This document shows, piece by piece, positions 1 through 12,773 of a stretch of DNA of 64,000 nucleotides. The stretch spans positions 496,001 to 560,000 of the forward strand of contig NW_026867490.1 in assembly GCF_020745735.1 (NCBI RefSeq), written 5' to 3'. The translations under genes and the position numbers were made by a program. The notes below the pieces were generated by a model, which had not been told where the DNA came from, searched no databases, and saw only the letters and a program-made list of their open reading frames with translations. Origin of the DNA: Hemiscyllium ocellatum (Eukaryota). Position 1 is the stretch's first letter. Each line of letters opens with the position of its first letter.

Positions 1-155
1 CTTTTAGCTTATAAAATATTTGGATACATTTCAAATTTGTGGTTTTGTGAAGATAATATTTTGAAAGTATATGTTTCTCTGCAACCGTCCCCCGACGCCC
101 TCTATCCTCCTGTCCACACATGCACCATTAAATGAGTTTTGCTTCGTTGCGGCAG

Positions 156-194
156 AGTTTTTGTACGAGGCTGGCTGTCGTTCCTGTCACGGTG
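156..194 (-). other. 23-bp-spacer recombination signal sequence (RSS) of the V at 195-499
   Basis: Minus strand: CACCGTG + 23 nt + ACAAAAACT directly after the V coding end. Confidence 0.92.
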
Positions 195-720
195 TATCTC
201 AGTCCACAGTAATACACCGCGCTGTCAGACAGCTGCAGCTCACCAATGGTGAAATTGCCTTCACTGTTCGACGTGTCCAGAGACGACAAAACTCGAGGCT
301 CCACTCCCTCAGACTGAAAGGATCCCGTAGTTAGGGATGTATATCATGAATGTCAGAGGTTTTCCGCGGTACTGACGGTACAACTGTAAAGAATATGAGG
401 TATGTTGGGTCGAGTATCTGAATTTAATGGTCACTGAGTCTCCTTCGAACAATTTGATTGCATTCGGCTCTTGTGAAAACGAGTCTGCACAATTAGAACC
501 TGAGGAAATTTGGAAATAACCGACAATTACTTATCATATTCTCGTTTTAATCAAATAATGTAAAGAATGTGAGAAACTACGTCACAAATAGCGAGGAAAA
601 ATTAGTTACAGTGTAGGTCACCATACCAATGTCAATTATCAGCAACATTTGCCACCTCTTGAACTTACCAGTTAAGAATTCTGCAGCAGTCATCAATGCA
701 TAAAATGTGAAAATCAACAT
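195..720 (-). pseudogene. TCR alpha/delta V segment pseudogene (leader 669-720, V exon 195-499)
   Basis: Leader MLIFTFYALMTAAEFLT-G|gtaagt; acceptor cctcag|GT. V exon reads GSNCADSFSQEPNAIKLFEGDSVTIKFRYSTQHTSYSLQLYRQYRGKPLTFMIYIPNY, then a +1 frameshift, then GSFQSEGVEPRVLSSLDTSNSEGNFTIGELQLSDSAVYYCGLRY. First Cys is Phe and the conserved Trp is Leu. Confidence 0.93.
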
Positions 721-1417
721 GCTTGGCAAGCAGAGGGTGAATTTAAGCAAGAGGAAAAGAAACTAGATTCTCTTTGTTCAGTGATGGTGGTCGGATTGAA
801 CACTGCAAAGTGAAACTGAAGGGTTTTTAAAGCTGTTGTTCTGTCATATCCGGACCTACTGCCGACTGGTTCTTCGCGTAAGCATCGCCAGGCAGCATCC
901 AGTCAGCTCAAGACCTTTTGTTCTCTAGTCATGATATCAAAGAGCTGCTCCGCAAACCTTTGAATCTGCTCCACTGCTCAATTTGAGCTCAGCAATCTTC
1001 CACTGTGCAGCACAACTCAAAAATATCTTATTTCCTTGAAGATCCACTAATCTTATCAAAATCATTGAGAAATAAATTCAAAGATAGGGCAATGGCTCCT
1101 CTTCTGACGTACTGACTTTAAGTGAAATAGGTATTTACTCTAATTCTGGGTATTTTTACAAAGACAGTCTTTAAGCTGAGTCGTTGATGCTTGAAAGCTG
1201 ATGCCGTTATAGTTACAGTTCCCTAGTTCACGATTAGGAGTGTTGGTTTCCAATACAACACTTAATACCAAAGCAAGGACGGGTTTAGAGCAGAATACAA
1301 ACATGAAGTACAGAAGGAAATCATTCAGGACAGCTGATCTGGTTTATAGTACTGCTCAAAGATATGCTTGTGTTTGTGTTTGTGGGGGTGGGTGGGGTAG
1401 AGTAATCGTGTTTTGTC

Positions 1418-1456
1418 AGGTTTTATCCGGAGTATCAGTGGCCGTCTGTCAGTGTG
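1418..1456 (-). other. 23-RSS of the V at 1457-1760
   Basis: CACACTG + 23 nt + ATAAAACCT on the minus strand. Confidence 0.8.
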
Positions 1457-1760
1457 GGGATCAGCACGCATAAACACACCTCAGCGTAAGAGATATAAGA
1501 AAAAGCGATCTTGAAAGAAACTGTTTTGATTTCTTTAGCCAGACTAGCAGAAAACCTGTCTGAAGAACCTGGAGACTTTTCGCCCTGTTCTATATCGAAT
1601 CTTCTTAGTAAATACCTCGGAGCTTTCCCAGGAAACTTAATGTACAAGAAGACTAATGATCTACTGTATTTCACTGGGTAAAGAGATTTCAGAATACAGT
1701 CTAATCTTCACGAAACATTTGTTAAAGTAGATTCCACAAAACTGTATCAAGGTAACTCCT
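1457..1760 (-). pseudogene. TCR alpha/delta V segment pseudogene
   Basis: ORF 1435-1674 reads LVFLYIKFPGKAPRYLLRRF...DRFSASLAKEIKTVSFKIAFSYISYAEVCLCVLIP (FR2-FR3 of a V domain with the YYC motif decayed). FR1 is frameshifted and contains stops. Confidence 0.85.
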
Positions 1761-2282
1761 TCTGGTAAAATAAAATATAAGATGTCAAAAATCAGTCGTG
1801 AATCATATGACTTGCACTTCGACTTAAGTAACTCAGACTAATTGGTGTTTGCATAGACATTAACATCAGCAAGACATGAAGTAGGCATGAAGGTTGACAG
1901 GAAACCATCCAGTTCTTAAAGTATTTTGACATGACTGAACCCACATCAAAAATAGGCCTCTATTCCTCGGCTCGTGAGGGTCCTTTTTCTTGTTCCGATT
2001 GGTAGATTTCACTGACCTCAACAATATATCACTCATAGATAGTTCATAGCTGATTGCAGCTGAATCTCTCGAAACATTTACCTGATATTTTTTGCCCCCT
2101 TGCTCTTTCTCATAATTTCAGACGTTATGTCTCTATCTTTGTTTATCTCAATTTTATGTCAAGCTTAATGGCTATGTACTCAAATAGCTCCCTGTGGTTA
2201 AACTGAAAGGGGAAATAATGTAAAATTGATTAAATACTCAGGTCTTAAGCAATGTCTGCAGCAAAGGTGCACAATTAATCAT

Positions 2283-2580
2283 TACTGTGAGAAGTTCAGG
2301 AAGAAAATGCAACGTCGTCATCCACCTCCAAATTCTGGATTCTTGCCATTGGAGCCACTTTGCTGTGTAAAGCTCATAACTTCAACCAGTTTTTACTGTG
2401 ACCCCAGAAGTTTGAAACCCAATGTCCCTAATTATGTTTTTTTTTAAATTAAATCACTTTTGAAAGATTGCAGTTTTTGGATGGAACCGGATTCACAAGT
2501 TACAGAAATAAAAATAAAATGCAGTTACTCACACTGTGGGTCTGCAAAAGATGAATAGGAGCAGCAGTACGTCATTTAGT
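2283..2580 (-). pseudogene. Possible internally deleted V relic
   Basis: Leader-like LLLLFIFCRPT|gtgagt (about 2530-2575); FR1/FR2-like GVTVKTG*SYELYTAKWLQW; FR3-like IQNLEVDD; heptamer CACAGTA at 2283-2289 with a poor nonamer. Confidence 0.35.
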
Positions 2581-3007
2581 CCTTTGACTCTGCTCCTCAG
2601 TTTCAGAATATCATGGCTGCCCTGATAGTGTCCTCTGGTCTGATTCCGTGTCTGGCCCCAGAATACAGTTCTCCACCATAAATTAAAATTCTGTGTATTT
2701 CCACCTTGAACATATTCTAAGGCGCAACCCCCACTTTTATGACAGATACGAATTTCACAGACAAACGACACACTGAGAGGGACGTAATAACGTCCTCATC
2801 TCCATTTTCGTGGGAGGGCCGCAATTTTAACATGCTTGATCTATATTTCCAGTGTCACCAAAAAGGAATATCATCTCCTCAGCATCCAAAGGTTTTTCGC
2901 TGCTTGGGATATTTCATGTTCTGCATGAAACATCGCCTATTGTTCTCAATATTTTGCCAATGTTTTGAGTGTGTCTCCCCTGGTGCCCTTGATTGTCAAG
3001 CTGACAG

Positions 3008-3045
3008 AGTTTTTGTGTAGAGGACGAGGGACTCTCAGCACTGTG
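3008..3045 (-). other. RSS (22-nt spacer) of the V at 3046-3351
   Basis: CACAGTG + 22 nt + ACAAAAACT. Confidence 0.92.
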
Positions 3046-3471
3046 GGTCTCAGTGCACAGTAATACACGGCGCTATCTTTCAGCTTCAAACTTTTCATTG
3101 ATAAGTGCAAAACTCGTTTTTCCCGATTGAGATTCCCACTTAAGTGTTCAAAACCGGGAGCTGTATCATTATATCCATAACTGTCCGCTCTGATCAGGTA
3201 TTGAGGTGCTTGCTGTGGATACTGGCAGTACCAGAACAGGCCATAGTTTGCAATTGCAGCAGATACCGAGAAATTGCAAGTTATAGCTGAGTCTTCACCC
3301 GTGAATGTTGATAATGATAACGTCGGTTGGTTAACTTAGAAGATTTTACATCAGGTGTTAAGGCAGAAAAAGTGGTTACAAATTAAAGACAGAACAACTA
3401 TTTTAACACGAACCAAACTTACGGTACGCCATTAACAGTAGATTCTAATTGGTGGGTGTGCGATTTTGCAT
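3046..3471 (-). pseudogene. TCR alpha/delta V segment pseudogene (leader 3423-3471, V exon 3046-3351)
   Basis: Open V core VNQPTLSLSTFTGEDSAITCNFSVSAAIANYGLFWYCQYPQQAPQYLIRADSYGYNDTAPGFEHLSGNLNREKRVLHLSMKSLKLKDSAVYYCALR with C, W and YYC intact. The leader has an in-frame TAG, the acceptor is TG instead of AG, and there is a 1-nt frameshift at the start of FR1. Confidence 0.93.
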
Positions 3472-3538
3472 TACTGAGTTATGACTGGAGATATTGGTAT
3501 TTATTTTTATGTGGGGAATATCTACTACATCTGTGAAG

Positions 3539-3845
3539 CACTGTGCGATCCATAGTGCACGAGTACACTGCAGAAGTAAGTGCATTGTCGGTTGACAGTT
3601 TGGTGATGTTGCCAATGCTCTCATACGTTGAAGAGAAACGTTCAGTGACTTTTAGATTCATTTTCGTATTCCTTCCTGGAAAACTAAAACATTCCGTTGA
3701 GCCTGTCCAAAATGATGATTTTTATAGGACAAGTAGATTCGATTGCAGCGTATTTTTAAGCTGCAGGTTACTGTGACATTTCTTCCACCTAGAACCACCG
3801 TTTCAGAGAGCAGGTTCTCCACTGTTTCTTGGCGATTCCATGCAA
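3539..3845 (-). pseudogene. TCR alpha/delta V segment pseudogene
   Basis: ETVENLLSETVVLGGRNVTVTCS...IYLSYKNHHFGQAQR, frameshift, then KVTERFSSTYESIGNITKLSTDNALTSAVYSCTMDR, followed by a perfect CACAGTG heptamer (3539-3545). The A-rich nonamer-like sequence is displaced to a 26-28 nt spacer. Confidence 0.8.
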
Positions 3846-4661
3846 AAAGAAAACCTGGTCCAATAATCATCATGACATCACTATTGCCTTATGTTAGTAT
3901 CCAACCTGTATTAATATTTAAGTCGCAACAGTCAAAGAGAAGAGATACTTGCTGGGAAGGAGATAATGCCTGAGAAATAACATAACGATCACGAGCATTG
4001 CAAAAAACTTCTGAAAAGGGCAACTTGATTCCGAATCAATGAAATTCAAACTGTCACAGGAATAATACATTCACTGATCCAATTCATCGCTAATCCAAAT
4101 AATGACAAACGTAGTGGGCAACGTGGTCAGAACAAGAACAACAAAAGGACGCTGAGGATGAGGCTGCCAATATTTTGCTGCTGTAATATGTACCTTCAAG
4201 AATGTGCGATGCACGTGACTCTGGCATCCTCTGACATTGGCTGTGAGGAAATTATATCGCAAGTCAAAATGTGATGTTATGCAGATTATTGTAAACTACA
4301 GGGTAGTTGATAGAAGATACTTGATGTTTTTTGCAGTTTATGGAAACAACTGTGTTCATGCACACTATTTTCAACGATCCTATGTCTACTTCATCAGTCG
4401 CCTCGTTTACTGTTACTATGGATTTCCTCCTAATCGCTCTGTGTTGATTGTTTACCTTCAAAACCCTAAGTCTGTATCTTCTCAGTCTATTCAGTTTGGA
4501 TTCAATTCAAATCACTACCTTCTCTTTTCCTTTTCCTTTTCATTGTGTCCACCTTTCAGCACATGTGTCCTAGCCCCTTCTGACCCCTGTGAAGTTTTAT
4601 ACAAATAGTTGAAGCGTTCCAAACCTTCCTTGAGAGAGTTCAGTAACAGTATTCATCAGCC

Positions 4662-4790
4662 CATTCCTGAAGAAGGGCTCATGCCCAAAACGTCGATTCT
4701 CCTGCTCCTTGGATGCTGCCTGACCTTCTGCGCTTTTCCAGCAACACATTTACAGCTCTGATCTCCAGTATCTGCTGTCCTCACTTTCCT
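4662..4790 (+). mobile_element. Short Penelope-derived non-autonomous element with a mutated hammerhead core
   Basis: CTGAAGA-A-GGGC-TCAT-GCCC-AAAAC-GTC (G of GAAAC changed to A), followed by the same tail (ctgctccttggatgctgcctgacc...ttttccagcaacacattt) as the copies at 12.8 and 55.1 kb. Confidence 0.8.
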
Positions 4791-7700
4791 CACCGTTTCT
4801 TCATATACACATATGCATGTTGCAATACAAATAATAGTACAATTCATGACTCTGAATTAAGTGCATATAATGAACAATAAAAAGGCAATGCCACTTTAAT
4901 GGTGATGGTCATGTTCCCCACAAGACTTATGTTTCAACAATCCTGTACAATTGCCACCATCTTAATTTAATTCTGTGAAAACACTAATCCACTGTCCTTT
5001 ATTTTCAGCCATATTGAAAGACGTCAGTTAAGCACTTTACAGCTTTCCCATCTAAACATTTTAAAGGTGTTCAGTTCATTAAAGTCTCTTTTTCCATTCT
5101 GTTATTTATTTATTGTTTTATTGTTTTCTGGACGCAATTGGTCGAGATATTCTACTCTTATATTTGCGTGTTACTTGCATTCTGTCTCTTGTAAGTTTGC
5201 TTATCTGTTTGGCTTGTAAACTTATTCCTTTCCTCTTTATTTCTGGATTGGAAAGATATTAACACTCCGTCATTAAACTTCGTTCAGATTATCACTGTAT
5301 GCTGAGAGAAAAAAAAATTGGCATCACAACTTCTAAAATGACATCATGACCGAGCAATGATTTCTGGTTTTGCTTTGGAGACGTTGATTCTGGGTTTTGG
5401 TACTGATGACTTGTGATTAATATATGTATCAGTAGAGATTGTTGTTTATATTCTTCGATGTAGGGTTGAAGAGCCTGGACTTACGATATGGATATTTTGA
5501 GGCCATTTACGAACGTGACATTCTCTGTTGTCCAAACAATAACAGCACTGAAATAGTGGTAATAATGTTCCCAGTTTTTGAACCTGGTCAGAATGACATT
5601 AGAAACCGGATGTTGCGGCCTGTAATACAGTAGACAGGAAGGTTAATGAATTGTGTACTGGCTCTCCGATTTGCTTGGAGTGCATGGACTAGAAGGAACG
5701 ACGTTTGAACTTTGAGGTTTGTGAATAAACTGCACGTGCTTACTGTTCAACTGAGTGAAAAGATACTTGGAGGAATCAGAATACCAAAACTTTAAGCCTG
5801 GAGCGAGGCACGTCGAACTCTTCTAAATTATTATTTTCGAAAGAGTTGACATATTCTTTTGTCCCCAACTGCAGCCTCACACCAGGCAATTCACTGTGCC
5901 ATGTTTCTAATAATACTAGTGGTTGTGTTGGAGTGAAAGAACATTTAATAGTCATGTGGTTATGTGCATTTATCCTTCAGTAATGCGAGGACAGAATCAA
6001 AGATGATTATGAAGCTTTTAAATTGGTATTTGATGAAGTTTGACATCAGTATTTGCATCTGTCTACGTTTGCATTTTAATCAGCAGGCTTGGTGTGATCA
6101 CAAGTTAGTGTAGAACAACGATTATGAGAATCGTTCAGTCTCGTTGATCTCACTTCACGATTCATCGCGTGCACAGAAATAAGTGAGAGTATTTTATGTG
6201 TTCGTAATTTCCGAAGCTCTGTCCTCTGCTGAATGACTGATCTGAACAATTATCCAGTCTTGTTGGCTTGTTCCATTCTATCGATGACATACAATCTGTC
6301 AGGGCATTTTATTTGTCACTGTAGGATTTCTCGTGCGACTACAGTGGAACTGATCAATGATGACATTCACAGTGTTCAAAGACTTTGATACAACCTCACC
6401 TATCGTTGCTGCTTAAACTTGTGTAGATACTGAGGGATGTCATAATCTTAACGTATGTTGAGGCACGATTTACGTCATTACAATCTAATATCCGACAAAT
6501 ACCTCGTGGGACATAACAAAACATATACACTCATACAAATAATGCGTAGATACAATGTCTATCAGAACGAGTGATCACACTAACACTTCGGGAAGAGTAA
6601 AACAAATCATTCGTGGTTGCATTCACTGAAGAGATTGCATATTGTCACTTCCTGTAAAATAATTGAACGAAGAATGAGGCCAGTAAACTTCATGAAAAAG
6701 GCAACATTTATGAATGGCTAACTGAGCCATACACTAGTAGCATTCAATGTGTCGGACCAATGTCCGAGGAATTCGTGATCACAAAGCTGGAGAAAGATAT
6801 CCCCAGTAATGTCCAAGTGTGCGCATCATCAGGCGACTAATTGTTTTGTAATGCATCACAAACTATTTTGTAAAATAATTTTATTGTAAGTTAAGTTTAA
6901 AAGTCATAATTTCTCAACTGTTCTTCGACTATTCTTGTTTAACTTTGGGCTTTGTTTTGGTATTGTTCTGGTAACACTGTGATTCTTACGCCGAAGACTG
7001 AACTGCTGTTTCGGATTCTCCATGTGATGCCGCCTTCTAGTGGACACTAACTGGAATTCTCAGCATTCCATTTGATGATGACTCCACTTTTATTCTGCAA
7101 CAGTGTGGACTGCATGGCACAGGGATTCCAGGCGCTATATTCCAGAGAATAGCCCAGAGGGTAAATGAACCGATTTGATTTATTTGTTCAAAACAAGAGA
7201 GAATCAGTTTTGAAAGTCGTCAGAAGCATCACCTGAAATAGATCTCATTAATAAAAATGTCCGAAATTTTCCTGGACCTAGGATGTCCCAGAAGAGTGTT
7301 GGACCGCCAGCTTTGAGTGCTGCCTTTTCAGAAACATTAATTCTTATCGATCCTGAAATGCCTCATCTCTATCTTAGCACCCTTTAACAAAGTACCAAGT
7401 TGACGTAATAACTTCTGACGAATAATTTCTGACGAAGCAATAACTAATTTAAGCAGATCCATCAGGCATTATATCGACATAAGAAACAAAGAAAATTGGG
7501 GGAAATGGTGTCAGGTGTCCATGGTCGCAGAAATGACAGAATGGTTTAAATAAGTTGACACATCCAATCTGATGTAAAACACCAAATTTAGGTGACTGCG
7601 TTGACTTGATAAACGCAAAAAAAGACAAGGGACGTTCCCAAGGAACCGTATCGTTTGAGCTCTCCGATCTGACAGAATTAGGCACCTATCATTGTTTGCT

Positions 7701-8687
7701 GCAGGTCATGTGAAATTTGATACTTTATCTGACCTTTGTTCTGTCCCTTCTTGTCCGTAAGAAGTATGCCTTCTGCTCTATCTTACTGCAGTCTTTTTCG
7801 GTTTCTGGTTTTATGCGTTGATTAATCTGTCGTAACATCTGTCTTCCTTCTGCAATCTTACAGAAAAATCTGGATGGGAGAATGATCCATGTCTCCTTGT
7901 TCAGCATTTTATCTGGCTACCAAAAACGTAGTGCAACATGAATGGGTATATTTAGCATGAAATTTCGATAATTTGAGTTAAGAAAAATCACATGTGTTAT
8001 TTAAGAAACTGTGACAACGTTGATAGACTTATCACTTAATTTTCGGTGACAATGAACTTTCAACATAAATCTCTCACAAATTAATATGGGGGGATGAACG
8101 TAGATCAATAGGCTAAGTCTCGAGTTTATTCGCTAACAAGATTCCGTGAAGTAGATGCTAAAGAAGACCATTCCTTCCATCAAGGCTTCATCATCATTGA
8201 ATTGGATTATGATATGAAAATCTTTAACAGAGTTTCGTAGCTTTCAGCCTTCACCATGGATTCATTTACTCGGGAGAAATCTAGCAAATGTTACCTTGTC
8301 TCATGTAGTACAGTAGAATGATGGTTAATTTGTTAGCGCGGCAGCTATCCGAGATTTAATTAATCCCACGCCCCTGTTCCCCCTCCCGTGTCTGGCAAAT
8401 CGTCACATTTCAAAACTGCCCAAGTTTCTGCTGCAAAAGTGATTTAAACTGTTCCAACGCTCTCTCAAGGAAGTCATTGCAATTTTCACTGAATTTACTC
8501 AAAATAAAAAAAACTGTCCTTATGTATGACCCCTCTCCGCCACGGAAGCACACGAAGAACTCTGCATTGTTATATGAAGTGGGAATATGATTATTTTTCT
8601 TCCCAAGAGTGCAGCTGGAACATTTTCCAGTCGAAGTCTGCCATTCTATCAGTGAACAAGAGTATGTCTAAGGACCATGTGCGTTTG

Positions 8688-8831
8688 NNNNNNNNNNNNN
8701 NNNNNNNNNNNNNNNNNNNNNNNNNNNNNNNNNNNNNNNNNNNNNNNNNNNNNNNNNNNNNNNNNNNNNNNNNNNNNNNNNNNNNNNNNNNNNNNNNNNN
8801 NNNNNNNNNNNNNNNNNNNNNNNNNNNNNNN
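8688..8831. other. Assembly gap (N run)
   Basis: Run of n characters. Confidence 1.
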
Positions 8832-9209
8832 TGTATGAGAACAGGTGTGATCTATTATCCTAGATGTGAATTTTAAAGTCTATGCTCACCAGTGACAGAA
8901 TGTATGAGAGACTGTGTAAGTGTGAACTAGTATATGTATGAGTGAACCAGAGAGTATAGCACTTTGGCATCCGCAAACACAAACTTTTACCAAGCAATTG
9001 GTATTTTTCATCACCCAATGTTGGATTTATTATTTCTTAATATCAAACACATTAACATTCACATCTGAGATCGTTTGTCTGGGGATGCTGATCGTGTAAA
9101 ATTGGAAGGGAAAATGTGTGCTTGAAATTGACAGTTTGTTTCAGGTTAACATTCCGACAATTGCCCATTTTCTCCCCCCTCCTTTCTTAAAGACATGGGT
9201 TTCGTTAGC

Positions 9210-9490
9210 TACCTTTCAGTCCATTGCATCTTTGCAGATTCTACACAATGCTTGAATTTGATCAAAAACGTGTCCATTATTTCTAAGGACCCTTCCTTAA
9301 GTCCTCTGGGATGCAGAGCATAAGCCTGATGGGGGACTTTTGAGCTCTCTATTCACATCGCAATAGCAGATTTTGCAGTCAGGTTGTATTTTCAGTAAGA
9401 TTACTTTCCTATTATTGTTTGCCAGTCCGAATTAAACCCTGTATCGTCCTATGCTGAGATTTTCAAATGTCATTGTGATACTAAGCCCAA
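9210..9490 (-). mobile_element. Degenerate CR1-type LINE fragment
   Basis: Resembles antisense CR1 RT-proximal sequence (ttccttaagtcctctgggatgcag...); recognised by pattern only. Confidence 0.5.
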
Positions 9491-11299
9491 ATTTTAACAT
9501 TTCAAACGCCTACACTGTTATGCCTCTCCTGTTCCATTAACATTCTCCAACATCCCAGATCTCATTGTCTCTCTAATACTGCCCTCTTCTGCATTCCTGA
9601 TTTCCAAAATTATATCTTTACACTTTGTGTATTTAAGCTCTGTAACCTCAGTCGTCTGAGATTGCTTCTTAAATAACTTTCATTCGTTGTTCGGGACGTA
9701 CCTTAAAATCTGACTTAATTGTCAAGAATGTTTTTCTTCTTGCATAACGCTTTCAGGTGTCTTTAGGCAAAAAGTGGGTTCAGTTAAACGCCTGTGAGAA
9801 TACCATTGTAGGCATTAGAGAAACCATAATTCTATCTCTAAAGCAAAACTAGATATTGGCAATAAATATTGAGATTGCCAGTTGTGGTCCTATCCCAATA
9901 AGACTTAACAATATAAGCTATCCAAAATGAATAACTCATCAGCATAAAGCATTATTCACATTACTGTTAGTATCGTGGACATATATATTTTTAACACTCT
10001 TTAATGTTTCTATTCATGTCTCCAGAAAAATCAATTAAGAATAAGGAAACTGAGATAGATCTCACTATACAACAACTAATACTTCATTCTAAGATCACAC
10101 TAACCATTCTTGTAATCGATAGATATATATTGTCTGTGCTACAATGAAGTTAACATAGTGCCTGAGTTGTTTCCATTCACCACTTATAATGTCATAAGAT
10201 TAGACTACAAACTGCAAGCTGTTGTATGACAACACTTATTACTTGCCAGAACAGAAATAAGTGCAATTTGCTAATTTCGAATCTAACGTAATGTCTGACA
10301 ATATAATAGATTAATGTTACACGATAACACACGAAGCTTCATATTTCAACCAAGTAATAAGCAGTGTGACAATGAATTCATAGTAAACATTGCAATAAAT
10401 CTTGCAATGCTCCATAATATAGTCACAAGTGTTTTGCTAGAGTTCATCCATACGAAAGCACAATGTCATACAAGACACGCACAAATGAAATTCTCTGATA
10501 GTATTCAGTATTGGAAAAAAATTAAGCCGATCCTCAACAGGGAGAGACTGTATTTTCAGGGTTGTAAACAGAGATGAAAAGCTTATTTCTAAGTCTACTT
10601 CCTACGAATATTAATGACCACTTGAATCTGATAGCAAATGACAATGGTTTCTCAATGCAACGTATTTCAGAAACGAAACTATTTCTCAATGCTGTGTAGC
10701 TCAGCTCTGCCAGATATTCATTTAGGCCCTCAGGTATTCATAGTGAGAGTGTCCAGACATATAATGAAGTTTCAGACTGAATTTCACTTCGAATCTATTG
10801 GAGAAACAAACTAAATAACACTTCTGTGGAGTTAAGTTGCAAAACTGTGAGAAGCATGATGTTTTTATACTTGGAGGCGAACTGCTGGCCAGTTCCATAT
10901 CGCCATACGCCATGTCATTACGACTGTCACGTGAAACTACTCAATCTAAATACTGAGATGAGATCTGTTCAAAAATAATTTCTTCCCACTTCTTCCGAGT
11001 CCTTTTTTTAAAACAATTAGGTGGCGGATTAGTTTGCAGCTTTTGTTTATTGGGAGTTATTTTAGCATATGAGCGCTAATGTCACGTAATTATTTCAATC
11101 GACATGTATCACATCTATTTGAAATCATTATGCCCTATAGGGGAGGGTTTCCGAGGTGAGGACCATCACATGCAAAGTCTGTGCCATGTAGAACTGCAGA
11201 TCTTTTATGTATTTCTATGAAACTATCCCTGCAGTAAATGTCTCCAAATATAATCGTCTGGTTAATAACTTTATATTTAATCAAGATTCACAAATATGA

Positions 11300-11950
11300 T
11301 GGTACTGTCCAAGAGAGCAGGTGCATATTTCCTTGAAGGTGAAATGAGGCGTAGGGCAAGTTAGTGAAAAAAAAGACGTTTGGTATACTTGGATTAATAG
11401 TGAGTTATATGATTAGAGGATGTCATGTGCTACCTGACAACACATTGGTTAAGATATTTCAGGAATGCTGCCTTCAGTTCTGGTCTCGCTGCTATAGGAA
11501 AAATATTGTTAAATTTGAATGGGGAATGGAAATGTCATAATGATTCGACGTTTTGAAGTGTAAGGATAGGCAGAATAAGGCAGAATAACTGGGGGACATT
11601 TCCCGTCGAGCATCGGATGTTGAAGAGTGACCTGAAAATATTTATCAAATCATGAGGAGCATGGATATGGTGAATCGCGAAAGTCATTTCCTCAGGATAG
11701 ACTAGCCAAACGCCAGAGAGCATAAGATTCGGGTGGAAAAGGGAAAGAGCTAAAAGGAAGCGAAGGGAAAGCGTTTTCATGGAGATGGCAGTGCGTGTAT
11801 GAAATGAGCTGCCAAAGAAAATGTTGGGCGTTGGTGAAATTGCAACATTTTAAATTGTAGACTGATATGTTCCAAATTGGGCAAATGGGACGAGATTTGT
11901 TTTGGATATCTTGTGAGCATGGCCGAGTAGCACAGAACTGTCAGTTTCTG
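11300..11950 (+). mobile_element. CR1 LINE 3' fragment
   Basis: Typical CR1 ORF2 C-terminus and 3' UTR motifs (ttcagttctggtctcgctgctatagga; gagtgacctgaaaata...; aatgagctgccaaag; tttctgtgct). Confidence 0.75.
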
Positions 11951-12773
11951 TGCTCTTCAACCGCCTGATTTTAAATGGCCTGATGCAATATAAAATGACT
12001 TATCATTAAGTGACTCCACGCATGATGCATGGTTTTGATCTGCGGCATCAAATGCATTAGTAACGGAAACATTAATAGTATAACGTCGAATACTACATGC
12101 TCTGATGTGGTATGAAATGGGAATAAGCCGATGTAATATAAACAGTGGCAGCTATAAAGCAATATTGAAAAATAATGTCCTTTTTCAGCAACAACCTGCA
12201 AAGTTCAATCGAATACAATTACAGTGAAATGTAGAAATCAACATGGCGCCAAATTAGAATAGTGGCACAAGATCGTGCAATAAGACATGCCGAAGGGCCC
12301 AGTGCTTTACATTTAGATGGCCCGACAAGTAAGTATAATGCATGATTCGAACACTGCAAAGTTATATCTGGTCAATGTAATGCAGAATGCTATGTGACAC
12401 AGTTTAGTCACACCTGAGATTGACTCTGATATAACAAAACAAAGAGACATAATCAAACTGAGTACTTATACCAACTTCTAATTTAATATAAACAGAGACA
12501 GAAACTCGTGTAATGTAAACAATTATAAGGATCAACGTAACATAATTCGCACCAAAGTTATTTGAAGTGGCAACAATGAAATTGCTTTCTGCAGCTATAA
12601 CTCACACACAAAGACTGCTGAACAGGAAACAAAAGATCTAATCATGCAGTGAGAATGACAAGTGTATACAATGTTACCTGAATAGAAGAATGAGCGAACA
12701 TAGAAATGATTGAGGCAAAGAATATCTGGAGTAATAATTGTCAGGTCATTTGCCTGTTGTACTCAATAAGGAG

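Noticed and set aside
1001-1028. CACTGTG + 12 nt + AAAATATCT, a possible J-type RSS
   Set aside because: Adjacent sequence has no FGxG/GxG-T motif or splice donor in any frame.
4040-4260. V-like fragments (EDARVT.., YWQPHPQRP, MYYSC) on the minus strand
   Set aside because: Scattered over different frames with no RSS; cannot be supported by eye.
6796-6807. D-delta-like core (reverse complement ACTGGGGATATC)
   Set aside because: No heptamers or nonamers on either side.
10370-10860. Possible further V relic (acceptor atcag|ATTCAAGTGGT; ..GALQD..AM..; CACACTG)
   Set aside because: Needs several assumed frameshifts; no recognisable Cys/Trp framework or nonamer.
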